18,969 nucleotides of DNA. It comes from a candidate division WOR-3 bacterium. GTDB taxonomy: Bacteria > Hydrothermota > Tepidihabitantia > Tepidihabitantales > Tepidihabitantaceae. Below, piece by piece: positions 1 to 7,158 of the stretch. How positions within the stretch are numbered: position 1 is the first letter of the stretch; every line of letters begins with the position of its first letter. The stretch lies in assembly GCA_965648905.1 (NCBI GenBank), contig CBFGIT010000045.1, positions 1 to 18,969 on the forward strand, read 5' to 3'. Position numbers and translations under genes: made by a program. Under the pieces are notes generated by a model. The model made no database searches. It had not been told where the DNA came from and saw nothing but the letters and a program-made list of their open reading frames with translations.

Positions 1-109
1 CAGCATGCCATCACACCGATCGAAAGCGGCAGGGCAGCAAGAAATGGGCCGACGCCGTCGTCAGCCTTGTCTCAGGGGAGAGCAGCTAACGCACGGCTTG
101 ACATTAAAC

Positions 110-196
110 CCGTCCCCGGAACTCTCGCTTCCGTCCCCGGAACTCGGAACTCACATTGACAACATGACTGCCTAATTGGGTAGCGTCCCCGATTAG
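110..196. repeat. Cluster of short CGTCCCC-containing repeats: direct repeat plus hairpin (REP-like)
   Basis: CCGTCCCCGGAACTC occurs at 110-124 and 131-145, followed by an extra GGAACTC at 146-152. Hairpin CTAATTGGG-tagcgtc-CCCGATTAG at 172-196 (9 bp, one G-T pair) contains a third CGTCCCC. Confidence 0.7.
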
Positions 197-198
197 CT

Positions 199-230
199 AA
201 ACCGCCTCCGGGCCTCGGACCCGGAGGCGG
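199..230 (-). terminator. Probable intrinsic terminator of the 255-1130 gene
   Basis: Perfect 11-bp GC stem CCGCCTCCGGG (202-212) / CCCGGAGGCGG (220-230) with a 7-nt loop, about 25 nt past the stop codon. It is followed by TTT on the minus strand, so the U-tract is short. Confidence 0.65.
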
Positions 231-254
231 CGCAGGTAAGGAGGCGAACTAGAA

Positions 255-1130
255 CTAGTCGGAGTCAGCCACCAGGCGGCGGAGGGCAAAGTCGATTCCC
301 CGCGTCACCTCGTGCGGACGAACCGGTACCTGGCGGGGGAAAACCGCGGGTTCATAGCCCCGGGCCTGAGCCGTGACCTGGTACAGGCCGGGCCGCAGGG
401 CCATACGGTAGAAGCCGTGGCGGTCGGTTCTCACCTGGTTGCGACCGTACTCGCCAACCGCAACGATAACCGCGTTGGCAATCGGTTTCTGGGTCTGAGC
501 ATCGATGACCTGGCCGGCAATCGCGCCCCGGACCGGTCTGGGCTGGAGCTCGAAATCGATGTTCTCGGTCACCTGTCCGGGTTCGACCGTGACCGGGCTG
601 GGAAATGCCTGCCGCACATAGCCTCGGGCGCCGGCTTTGACCCGGTAGGTCCCGGGTCGAAGACCACGGATGACATAGCGGCCGCGTTCGTCGGTTCTGG
701 CCCGGCCGGCCCAGTCGCGTCCAGCCGCGACAACCATTGCCCCGCTGATTGGCTCGCCGGTACGCTGGTCCGTAACCCGGCCGCTGATTGCGCCCATCTC
801 TTGGACGGGCCTGAGTCTGAAGTTGATGTTCTCGGTAACCTGGCCTGGACGCACCGGCACTGGGTCAGGATAGCGTGCCGGCTCGTAGCCGCGTGCCTCA
901 GCCATCACTCGGTAGCGGCCCGGTTCGAGGCTGGGGATGCGGTAGGCTCCGCGCTCGTTGGTCTGAGCCCGGCCGGCCTGACCGCTGTCGCCGTGACAGG
1001 TGACGACCGCACCAGTAATCGGGTTGCCGGTTGCAGCGTCAACGACCTGGCCCGAGATTGCGCCCAGGTCATGCGCCTGCACAAGACCCGCGGCCAGAAT
1101 GGCCATGGTAGTGTAGAGCAGGTTCTTCAT
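255..1130 (-). CDS. Exported protein with three tandem carboxypeptidase-regulatory-like (CarboxypepD_reg / Cna-B-type beta-sandwich) domains, 291 aa
   Basis: Start reassigned to the ATG at 1130: GGAGGT lies 6 nt upstream and a signal peptide MKNLLYTTMAILAAGLVQA follows. Three ~88-aa repeats GAI(S/A)GxVxDxxTxxPIxxAxV...T(N/D)xxGxY...PGxYxVxAxARGY...V.V.PxxVTxxIxFxL. No T9SS CTD. Confidence 0.88.
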   Translation of the reverse strand: MKNLLYTTMAILAAGLVQAHDLGAISGQVVDAATGNPITGAVVTCHGDSGQAGRAQTNERGAYRIPSLEPGRYRVMAEARGYEPARYPDPVPVRPGQVTENINFRLRPVQEMGAISGRVTDQRTGEPISGAMVVAAGRDWAGRARTDERGRYVIRGLRPGTYRVKAGARGYVRQAFPSPVTVEPGQVTENIDFELQPRPVRGAIAGQVIDAQTQKPIANAVIVAVGEYGRNQVRTDRHGFYRMALRPGLYQVTAQARGYEPAVFPRQVPVRPHEVTRGIDFALRRLVADSD

Positions 1131-1183
1131 CTTAGGACCTCCGGTATGGTTAGAGTTGGCATTCGATTCACGGTGTGCGGTTG

Positions 1184-1200
1184 TGCAGCGTCCGTGCCAG
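1184..1200 (-). promoter_or_regulatory. Putative sigma-54 (-24/-12) promoter
   Basis: Minus strand reads CTGGCACG-gacg-CTGCA, i.e. GG-N10-GC with a consensus TGGCACG -24 box, about 55 nt upstream of the ATG at 1130. Confidence 0.55.
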
Positions 1201-1295
1201 AGTAGCAACCGTTCACATATCAAGGAGTTAGCCTGCCGAGATGAAGAACGACTCTGGCCGAACCGGGACAGGTGTGTCCGTTGGCGGACAGGTTG

Positions 1296-1847
1296 CTATA
1301 AGGGAAACCGGTCGTAGTAGTCGACGCGGCCGACCCCGAACGGAAAGACCGAGACGAGCTTCTGCTCTTCGTCGGGCTCGATTCTGACCAAGGACAGCGC
1401 ATCAATGATACCTAAGGTCTTGCCGACCCGGTTGGCTTCAGCCAATGCCAGGCTGCGCCGGACCTGGTCTGGAATCCGGAACAGCCGGAGCAGAGGCTCG
1501 TAGCCGGTCGAATCCTGAAGCATCGGCACCGGCTGGGCTCCGGCAATGCGCGTGTGCAGCGCCACGACCTCTTCCCGGCCCTGTTCGATGATGCCGAACA
1601 GGTATTCGCCGCGTTCGACGCACTTGTAGAATGATATTGCGAGCGGTCTCAGGCTACGCCGGGCAGTGCTGACGTGGTCAATCACGTTCTGAATCTCGTC
1701 GAGGTTGGCAGGTGTGAATGGCAGGACAATGGGAATATGCGGCCGGACCCGGAACTGGGCCGGGTCATACTTCTCCCGGAGGCGCTGGAACTGCGCCTCA
1801 TTATCAAGCTTCGGGAAGGCTGTCACGGAGAACTGTGCCGCCTTCAC
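1296..1847 (-). CDS. 2'-5' RNA ligase / 2H phosphoesterase family protein (YjcG-like) with degenerate catalytic motifs, 183 aa
   Basis: LREKYDP...RPHIPIVLPF resembles the family N-terminal motif (R.KYDP...PHITL.FPF). The second motif position reads GYEPLLRL. Start moved to GTG 1847 because the upstream 75 codons overlap the divergent M28 gene and its promoter region. Confidence 0.75.
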   Translation of the reverse strand: MKAAQFSVTAFPKLDNEAQFQRLREKYDPAQFRVRPHIPIVLPFTPANLDEIQNVIDHVSTARRSLRPLAISFYKCVERGEYLFGIIEQGREEVVALHTRIAGAQPVPMLQDSTGYEPLLRLFRIPDQVRRSLALAEANRVGKTLGIIDALSLVRIEPDEEQKLVSVFPFGVGRVDYYDRFPL

Positions 1848-1853
1848 ACTCCT

Positions 1854-1881
1854 ATTGTACCAGAAACTGGGCAACTGGCAA
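1854..1881 (-). promoter_or_regulatory. Putative sigma-70-type promoter giving a (near-)leaderless transcript of the 2H gene
   Basis: Minus strand TTGCCA-16 nt-TACAAT with an extended TG, ending 6 nt before GTG 1847. Confidence 0.55.
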
Positions 1882-1895
1882 CACCGGGTAACTGC

Positions 1896-1923
1896 TTGAC
1901 AAACCAGCAGTCTTGGCCAGACT
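1896..1923 (+). promoter_or_regulatory. Putative sigma-70-type promoter giving a (near-)leaderless transcript of the M28 gene
   Basis: TTGACA (1896-1901), 16-nt spacer, CAGACT (1918-1923), then 5 nt to ATG 1929. There is no Shine-Dalgarno, and the -10 box is non-consensus. Confidence 0.45.
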
Positions 1924-1928
1924 GAAGT

Positions 1929-4697
1929 ATGAAGTTTCGACTTCTCGCCGTGTCTGTCGTCGTGCTGCACGCGGCTCTGGCTGCGCCGAATGCCATCCTG
2001 GTCGTTGGCGACTCGTTGTATGGCGCTGCTCTCCGGCTTGGAGCCAGGTGCTTTGGCCGGACCGCCACTCACCTGCTTCTTGAGTACACCGTACGCACGA
2101 GCGTTGAGCTACCCGGCACGGTGGTCTATCCTGAGCCGGACCTGCCACTGTACGTCGTCTGCGAGCCGAAGGAACATGCTGCCGGCATGAACGTACTATT
2201 CTGTGAAGGCAGCGAGTTGCTGGCCCAGTCTGATACGTCGGTCGAGAAGCCGACCGGTCGCGGCCCGGTCGTGTTCCTGCCCGAGCGCCCGTTTCGTCTG
2301 CACCGGTTTGAGCCAGTTACTCTCGCTGCACCAACTGAGCCGGACACGTTCATCCAGCGCATCATCGCTCGCGTCAGCCCGGATTCGATTCGTGCGCGTA
2401 TGGCCCGGCTCCAGTCATTCCGCACCCGCTACTCACCGACCGACAGTTGCCGGGCCGCAGAGGAGTATGTTTGCGACTACCTGAGTTCTCTTGGGCTCGA
2501 TTCGGTCAAGCTCGACACGTATCCAGTGGGCGCGGATACCTGGCGCAATGTCATCGGCATCAAGCTGGGCCGAGTCCGACCGGACAAGGTGCTTATCGTC
2601 TGCGGCCACATGGACGCGATTTCCGAAGACCCGTGGAACCTTGCTCCGGGGATGGAGGACAACGGCTCGGGCACCGGCGTGACGCTTGAAGCTGCACGTG
2701 TGCTTTCAGGCGTTGGCCTCGACTACACAGTGAAGTTCATCGCCTTTACCGGTGAGGAGATTGGGCTCAACGGCAGCGACCATTATGCCCGGCAGGCCCG
2801 CGCCCGCGGCGAGGACATCATCTGCGCGTTCAACTATGACATGGTCTCATGGCCGGGCGGAAGCTGGGGCATCAGCCTTGTCGGCGTGCCTCAGGCCGCC
2901 CACTTTGTCCGCTACCAGGCCAGGATGACCAGTCTCTACACCCCGCTGGCATACCGGGTCTCGTTCCGCAGCTTCCCTTCAGACTCGCGCTCGTTCGACA
3001 ACCAGGGCTATGCCGCAACCTCAGGCTACGAGTACGGCAGTGAGCCTTACATCTGGTACCACACAACCGGCGATACGCTCGGTAACTGCAACATGAACCT
3101 GGCTGCAGACGTGACCCGAATGGCGGTAGCGACACTCGCGTCGCTGGGACTGGCTCCGCTTGCGCCCACAGGCTTCTGTTTGGCTGATGCCGGCTCAGGT
3201 TCGAGCCTTGTTGCCTCGTGGTCGGAAAGCCCCGAGTCTGACCTTGCCGGGTACAAGCTGCTCTGGGGCAGAACTCCACGCAACTACCGAGACTCGGTGC
3301 TGCTCGGCCGGGTTACTTCCCATTGCATAACCGGGCTTCTGACTGACACAACCTACTATGCCTGCGTTGTCGCACTTGACTCAGCCGGGCACGAGAGCGG
3401 TGCTTCGAACGAGGCCAGTGCCTGTCCGCGCATCGTGCCCAGGCCGCCAACCAGCTTGGCCGCGCTGCCGTTCCGGCACGGCGTGAGCCTAAACTGGGCG
3501 CGAAACACCGAGCTCGACCTGGCCGGCTACAATCTGTACCGGCGCACTGCCAGCTCAGGCCGCGTGCGGCTCAACCAGACTCTGCTGACCGATACCACGT
3601 ACCGGGACTCAGGACTCCTTTCTGACACGATGTACTACTATTCCTGCACCGCGGTTGACTCCGCAGGCCATGAAAGCGATTCCTCGCTGGCTGCCCGAGG
3701 CAAACCAATCACGCTCGACCACGGAATCCTCCTGGTTGACGAGACGCGCGACGGTACAGGCCAGCCTGGTAACCCGTCTGACGAACAGCAGGACCGGTTC
3801 TACCACACCCTGCTTGCCGGGTACAGTTTCCGGGACTGGGATGTGGCGCAAGACAGCTTGCCTCTGGCTGGTGACATCGGCCCATTCTCGACCGTGGTCT
3901 GGCACGGTGACGACTACTCCCAACCGGAAATCCAGCCTGCGCTGCCTGGCATTGCCAACTATCTAAATCATGGCGGAAGACTCTGGCTGGTCGGATGGAA
4001 GCCGGTTGCTGCATTGATGGGCAGCAACGCGTACCCGTTCACCTTCTTGCCCGGCCAGTTCGCCTACAACTGCCTCCATCTTTCGCGGGCCGAGCAGTCG
4101 GCACGGCCTGACTTCATCGCTGCGAACGGTCTGCTCGGGTATCCGGATGTTACGGTCGAATCGGCCAAGGCCACGCCTTCGCTACGCGGCCGTTTGCCCT
4201 ACATCGACGTGCTCCTGCCCCGTGACGCTGAGCCGGTCCTGACCTACAACTCATTCTCCGGCGACACGTTCCACGGCCGGCCGGTCGGCGCCCGCTGGCT
4301 TGCTGAGCCGGGCCGCGTAGTTGTTTTCGGCTTCCCGCTCTACTACATGAAAGACGAAGAGGCGCGCGTGCTCTGCCGCCGGGTCCTGGATGACCTAGGC
4401 GAGCCGTACGGAATAGAAGAAGGACGCCCGACAGCAGATGCTCGTACCCTGGCGCTGGACATCCGGCCGAACCCCGCGCGCGGCGCAGCAGTCGTGAAGA
4501 CGTCCTTTGCCTCTCGCTCTTCGCCTGTTGCTTTACGCGTGTACGACGCGACCGGACGCACGGCCCTGCGCTCGTCATTCGACATTGGAGATGCGCCGGT
4601 CCTGCTCGACCTTCGGCCGCTGCGAACCGGGGTCTACATTGTGCGCCTGACCGTGGGCAGTAGCTCAGTTACTGACAAGCTGGTCATCCAGCGCTGA
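1929..4697 (+). CDS. Secreted M28 family Zn-aminopeptidase with two fibronectin type III domains, an alpha/beta domain and a T9SS type A-like CTD, 922 aa
   Basis: Signal peptide MKFRLLAVSVVVLHAALA. M28 ligand motifs GHMD, PGMEDNGSG, GEEIGLNGS, NYDMV and YHTTGDT. FN3 motifs W...DLAGY.L...TYYACVVALDSAGHES and YYYSCTAVDSAGHES. Tail IRPNP...VYDATGR...LDLRPLRTGVYIVRL...KLVIQR. Confidence 0.92.
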   Translation: MKFRLLAVSVVVLHAALAAPNAILVVGDSLYGAALRLGARCFGRTATHLLLEYTVRTSVELPGTVVYPEPDLPLYVVCEPKEHAAGMNVLFCEGSELLAQSDTSVEKPTGRGPVVFLPERPFRLHRFEPVTLAAPTEPDTFIQRIIARVSPDSIRARMARLQSFRTRYSPTDSCRAAEEYVCDYLSSLGLDSVKLDTYPVGADTWRNVIGIKLGRVRPDKVLIVCGHMDAISEDPWNLAPGMEDNGSGTGVTLEAARVLSGVGLDYTVKFIAFTGEEIGLNGSDHYARQARARGEDIICAFNYDMVSWPGGSWGISLVGVPQAAHFVRYQARMTSLYTPLAYRVSFRSFPSDSRSFDNQGYAATSGYEYGSEPYIWYHTTGDTLGNCNMNLAADVTRMAVATLASLGLAPLAPTGFCLADAGSGSSLVASWSESPESDLAGYKLLWGRTPRNYRDSVLLGRVTSHCITGLLTDTTYYACVVALDSAGHESGASNEASACPRIVPRPPTSLAALPFRHGVSLNWARNTELDLAGYNLYRRTASSGRVRLNQTLLTDTTYRDSGLLSDTMYYYSCTAVDSAGHESDSSLAARGKPITLDHGILLVDETRDGTGQPGNPSDEQQDRFYHTLLAGYSFRDWDVAQDSLPLAGDIGPFSTVVWHGDDYSQPEIQPALPGIANYLNHGGRLWLVGWKPVAALMGSNAYPFTFLPGQFAYNCLHLSRAEQSARPDFIAANGLLGYPDVTVESAKATPSLRGRLPYIDVLLPRDAEPVLTYNSFSGDTFHGRPVGARWLAEPGRVVVFGFPLYYMKDEEARVLCRRVLDDLGEPYGIEEGRPTADARTLALDIRPNPARGAAVVKTSFASRSSPVALRVYDATGRTALRSSFDIGDAPVLLDLRPLRTGVYIVRLTVGSSSVTDKLVIQR

Positions 4698-4888
4698 CTT
4701 CTCTGCAGTCGGCGAAAGGCGAGCGGTACTGGGCGAGGACGCTAGAGTCCGGTCATTGCACGCCACTGGCGCAGAGCACGCTCCCGGCTTGCTGGGTCGC
4801 CGCTGTGCAGTGCTTCCTGCGCACTCCAGAACGCGAGCTCGCGATTGACGCGGCTGAACGCCTGTGGGTCAACTCCTCGGCTCTTCGG

Positions 4889-5362
4889 CTACCGGGTCTT
4901 GGCTCGAACCCAGAACTCAACCACGCGGCCTTGAGGGCCAAGTATCCGACACTCGGCTGAGTCCACCCGGCCAAGGTACTCGCCGGGCATCAAGGTTGAG
5001 ATGTTCCGGGGCTCAAGCGTAAGCCTTGCACCAGCCTGCATGGCAGTTGTGTAGGTGAGCGGACCGCGACTCTGGTCAAGAGTCAGTAACTCCGTACCCG
5101 TGACCTCGGTTTCCTGCCAGCCCTGCTGCCGAAGATAGGCCAGCGCGCTGTTGCGCAGGTTGTCATCAAGGCGTTCCGTGATTCCCTTGAACACCTGATT
5201 GAGCCGGCTGCGCTCAGCCCGATTCAGCTTGTGCAGGCCACAGGCCTGCTCCTCGTCCAGCCGGACGTACATGTTGATGTAGTTGATGCTTTCCGGGCTG
5301 GGTTCTGGACTGGCGTATCCACTGGTCACGACCAAAAAGAACAGGAACACCTTCATTGCCAT
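4889..5362 (-). CDS. Small exported hypothetical protein (~155 aa), last gene of the giant-protein operon
   Basis: Start is ATG 5362 or 5356 (GAGGG upstream), followed by signal-like MKVFLFFLVVTSGYA. The longer GTG 5416 start only adds translated 7-bp repeats. Contains a helical EEQACGLHKLNRAERSRLN segment and a beta-rich C-terminal half. Confidence 0.72.
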   Translation of the reverse strand: MAMKVFLFFLVVTSGYASPEPSPESINYINMYVRLDEEQACGLHKLNRAERSRLNQVFKGITERLDDNLRNSALAYLRQQGWQETEVTGTELLTLDQSRGPLTYTTAMQAGARLTLEPRNISTLMPGEYLGRVDSAECRILGPQGRVVEFWVRAKTR

Positions 5363-5410
5363 TCTGCCCTCTAGGTTCTGCCTTCTGCTTTCTGACTTGC
5401 TCTTTCTGCT
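5362..5410 (-). repeat. Degenerate 7-bp tandem repeat (7 units, consensus RGCAGAA)
   Basis: Minus strand: agcagaa agagcaa gtcagaa agcagaa ggcagaa cctagag ggcagaa. It fills the gap between two genes. Confidence 0.8.
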
Positions 5411-5415
5411 CGACA

Positions 5416-7158
5416 CTACTCCAGGATTCTGAGTTCGGTGCGGCGGTTCTTCGCCATGCCTTCGGCGGTCGCGTTACTTGCCACCGGCTGGGTGTCGGCA
5501 TACCCGCGTGCCGTGAGTCGGTCTGCCGCGATGCCGAACTTGAACACCAGGTACCGGCGCACCGCCTCGGCCCGAGCCTGGGAAAGTTCCCAGTTCGAGG
5601 GGAACTCACGGGTCTTGATGTCGCGCGGGTCGGTGTGGCCGGCCAGCTCGACCTTCTTGATATCAAGGGTCTGCGCGAGAATCTCACCGGCACGGTCGAG
5701 AATCGGGAAGAACTGCGGCAGGATATCGGCCTTGCCGGTCTCGAAGTTGACTCCCTCAAGCACAAGGAAGTCGCCTTTCTTCCAGAGATAGAAATCCTGC
5801 TCCGCGGTCTCACCCGGCCTTACCCGGACCGTGCAGGTCTGGGGCAGATAGTCAGCGGTTGGTCCGGCCGCGTGCAGCACGTAACTGCCGTGGGTCAGGT
5901 TGGCAATGACATACGTGCCTGGTACGCGCCCAACGTTCAACCTGCCGTACCCAGGCCCGTCATAATCAAGCGTGCCGCCGATGGCTTCTTTGGTGCGGGC
6001 GTCGTATATCCCGCCCTTGATTGCCGCCCGGAGTCGCAGCAGTAGAATCGTGTCACGAGTCACTCGGCCGGCGACGACGGTCAAGCTGACTGACTGTGGC
6101 TCGTATCCTTCAGCCGAAGCCTTGACCTCGACCGGGCCGGGCCGCAGGCGCACCGCACTCAACTGGTCGGTCTGGGCCGTTGTATCAAGCACACCAGTGA
6201 CAGCCAGACTGGCGCCCAGCCGCGCCCGGGTCTCACGGTCAAGTACCGTCACCTCAAGCCCACCGTCCGATGGAATCGGGTTACCGACTCTGATACCAAA
6301 CCGGTGAGTAGCGCCCAGTTCGCCGTAAGGAACGAACGCATAGTCGACGCCGAAGCTGCCGACTGTGACCCCAAGTCCCGCAGTCAGTCCTGAGAGTGCG
6401 CCCAGGTCAGCGAGCGCAACCGGCCCGGTGCGGTAACCGCAGCGCAGGGCCAGGGCCGGCACCGGTGAGAACTCGAGGCCGGTCCGCAGGCTGGGCGGGT
6501 TGTCGAGGAACGGCAGGGTTGCATCGAGCGTCGCCTTGAGCACGCGGCCGCCACACATCGCACCGGCAGCCAGCTCCATGGGCAGCGGCTCTGCGCCATT
6601 GCCGACCCGGCCCGCACCAAGATGCCGGGCCGCGAGCGCAAGGTTCAGCCATGAAGCTGGATGGGCGAGCAGGCCTAAGTCAATTGCTCCGCCGAAGCTC
6701 TGCTCGGCCCGCAAGTCCTCATAGGTTCCGGCAATAGCTCCACCCAGGTTCAGGCCCCGGCCCAGTCTCAGGCCATACCCGGCTGAAAAGAGCACAGTTG
6801 ACGCGTAGTACGAGCCGAACGTCCCGGTCAAGTCGTCCCAATACTGCACGTCAGGCGTACCAGAGTAGACAAGTCCCAGACCGAGGCTGCCTGGCCCGAT
6901 GGGCAGGGCAGCATGGAAGACCTCGTCTTTGATGCCGGCAAACCACTGCTGGTGCGACACAGCGAACTGCTGGTTCAGGAACTGGCCAAGCCCGGCCGGG
7001 TTCCAGTATACCGCGCTGGCATCGTCAACCAAAGCAGTGAAGCACTCGCCCATGCCTGAGGCACGCGGTCCCTGGCCGATTTTCTGAAGGGGCAGTATCG
7101 CCCGGCCCGGGTTAGAGCCGAGCAGAGCCAGGACTAAGGGAATCGTCACGATGTTCAC
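5416..7158 (-). CDS. PorV/PorQ (UPF0164)-like outer-membrane beta-barrel fused to two carboxypeptidase-regulatory-like domains and an OmpA/MotB-type peptidoglycan-binding domain, 580 aa
   Basis: N-terminal KIGQGPRASGMGECFTALVDDASAVYWNPAGL and barrel end DYAFVPYGELGATHRF. Middle domains V.V.DRETRA...VKASAEGY and IKGGIYDARTKEAI. C-terminus LEGVNFETGKADI...GHTD...FPSNWELSQARAEAV...GYADTQPVASN...NRRTE. Start GTG 7158 has GGAGG 5 nt upstream and overlaps the previous TGA (GTGA). Confidence 0.88.
   Translation of the reverse strand: MNIVTIPLVLALLGSNPGRAILPLQKIGQGPRASGMGECFTALVDDASAVYWNPAGLGQFLNQQFAVSHQQWFAGIKDEVFHAALPIGPGSLGLGLVYSGTPDVQYWDDLTGTFGSYYASTVLFSAGYGLRLGRGLNLGGAIAGTYEDLRAEQSFGGAIDLGLLAHPASWLNLALAARHLGAGRVGNGAEPLPMELAAGAMCGGRVLKATLDATLPFLDNPPSLRTGLEFSPVPALALRCGYRTGPVALADLGALSGLTAGLGVTVGSFGVDYAFVPYGELGATHRFGIRVGNPIPSDGGLEVTVLDRETRARLGASLAVTGVLDTTAQTDQLSAVRLRPGPVEVKASAEGYEPQSVSLTVVAGRVTRDTILLLRLRAAIKGGIYDARTKEAIGGTLDYDGPGYGRLNVGRVPGTYVIANLTHGSYVLHAAGPTADYLPQTCTVRVRPGETAEQDFYLWKKGDFLVLEGVNFETGKADILPQFFPILDRAGEILAQTLDIKKVELAGHTDPRDIKTREFPSNWELSQARAEAVRRYLVFKFGIAADRLTARGYADTQPVASNATAEGMAKNRRTELRILE

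Noticed and set aside
1..200. Gene 3' end (frame 3, ...KKWADAVVSLVSGESS, TAA at 87-89) followed by an integron attC site (GCTAAC)
   Set aside because: Only 28 codons are visible, and I found no convincing complementary GTTRRRY box or attC stem.
312..1205. 297-aa plus-strand ORF, and similar long antisense ORFs such as 5356-6045, 11682-12344, 16508-17083 and 17692-18378
   Set aside because: These are antisense shadows of well-supported minus-strand genes in GC-rich DNA, with no recognisable motifs.
1848..2072. N-terminal 75-aa extension of the 2H ORF
   Set aside because: It overlaps the divergent M28 gene and the promoter elements; family-like sequence starts at GTG 1847.
2600..3080. Inactive M28 peptidase (GMEDN instead of GADDN, SDS instead of SDH)
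   Set aside because: The five expected metal ligands and the catalytic Glu positions appear intact; the changes are at non-ligand positions.
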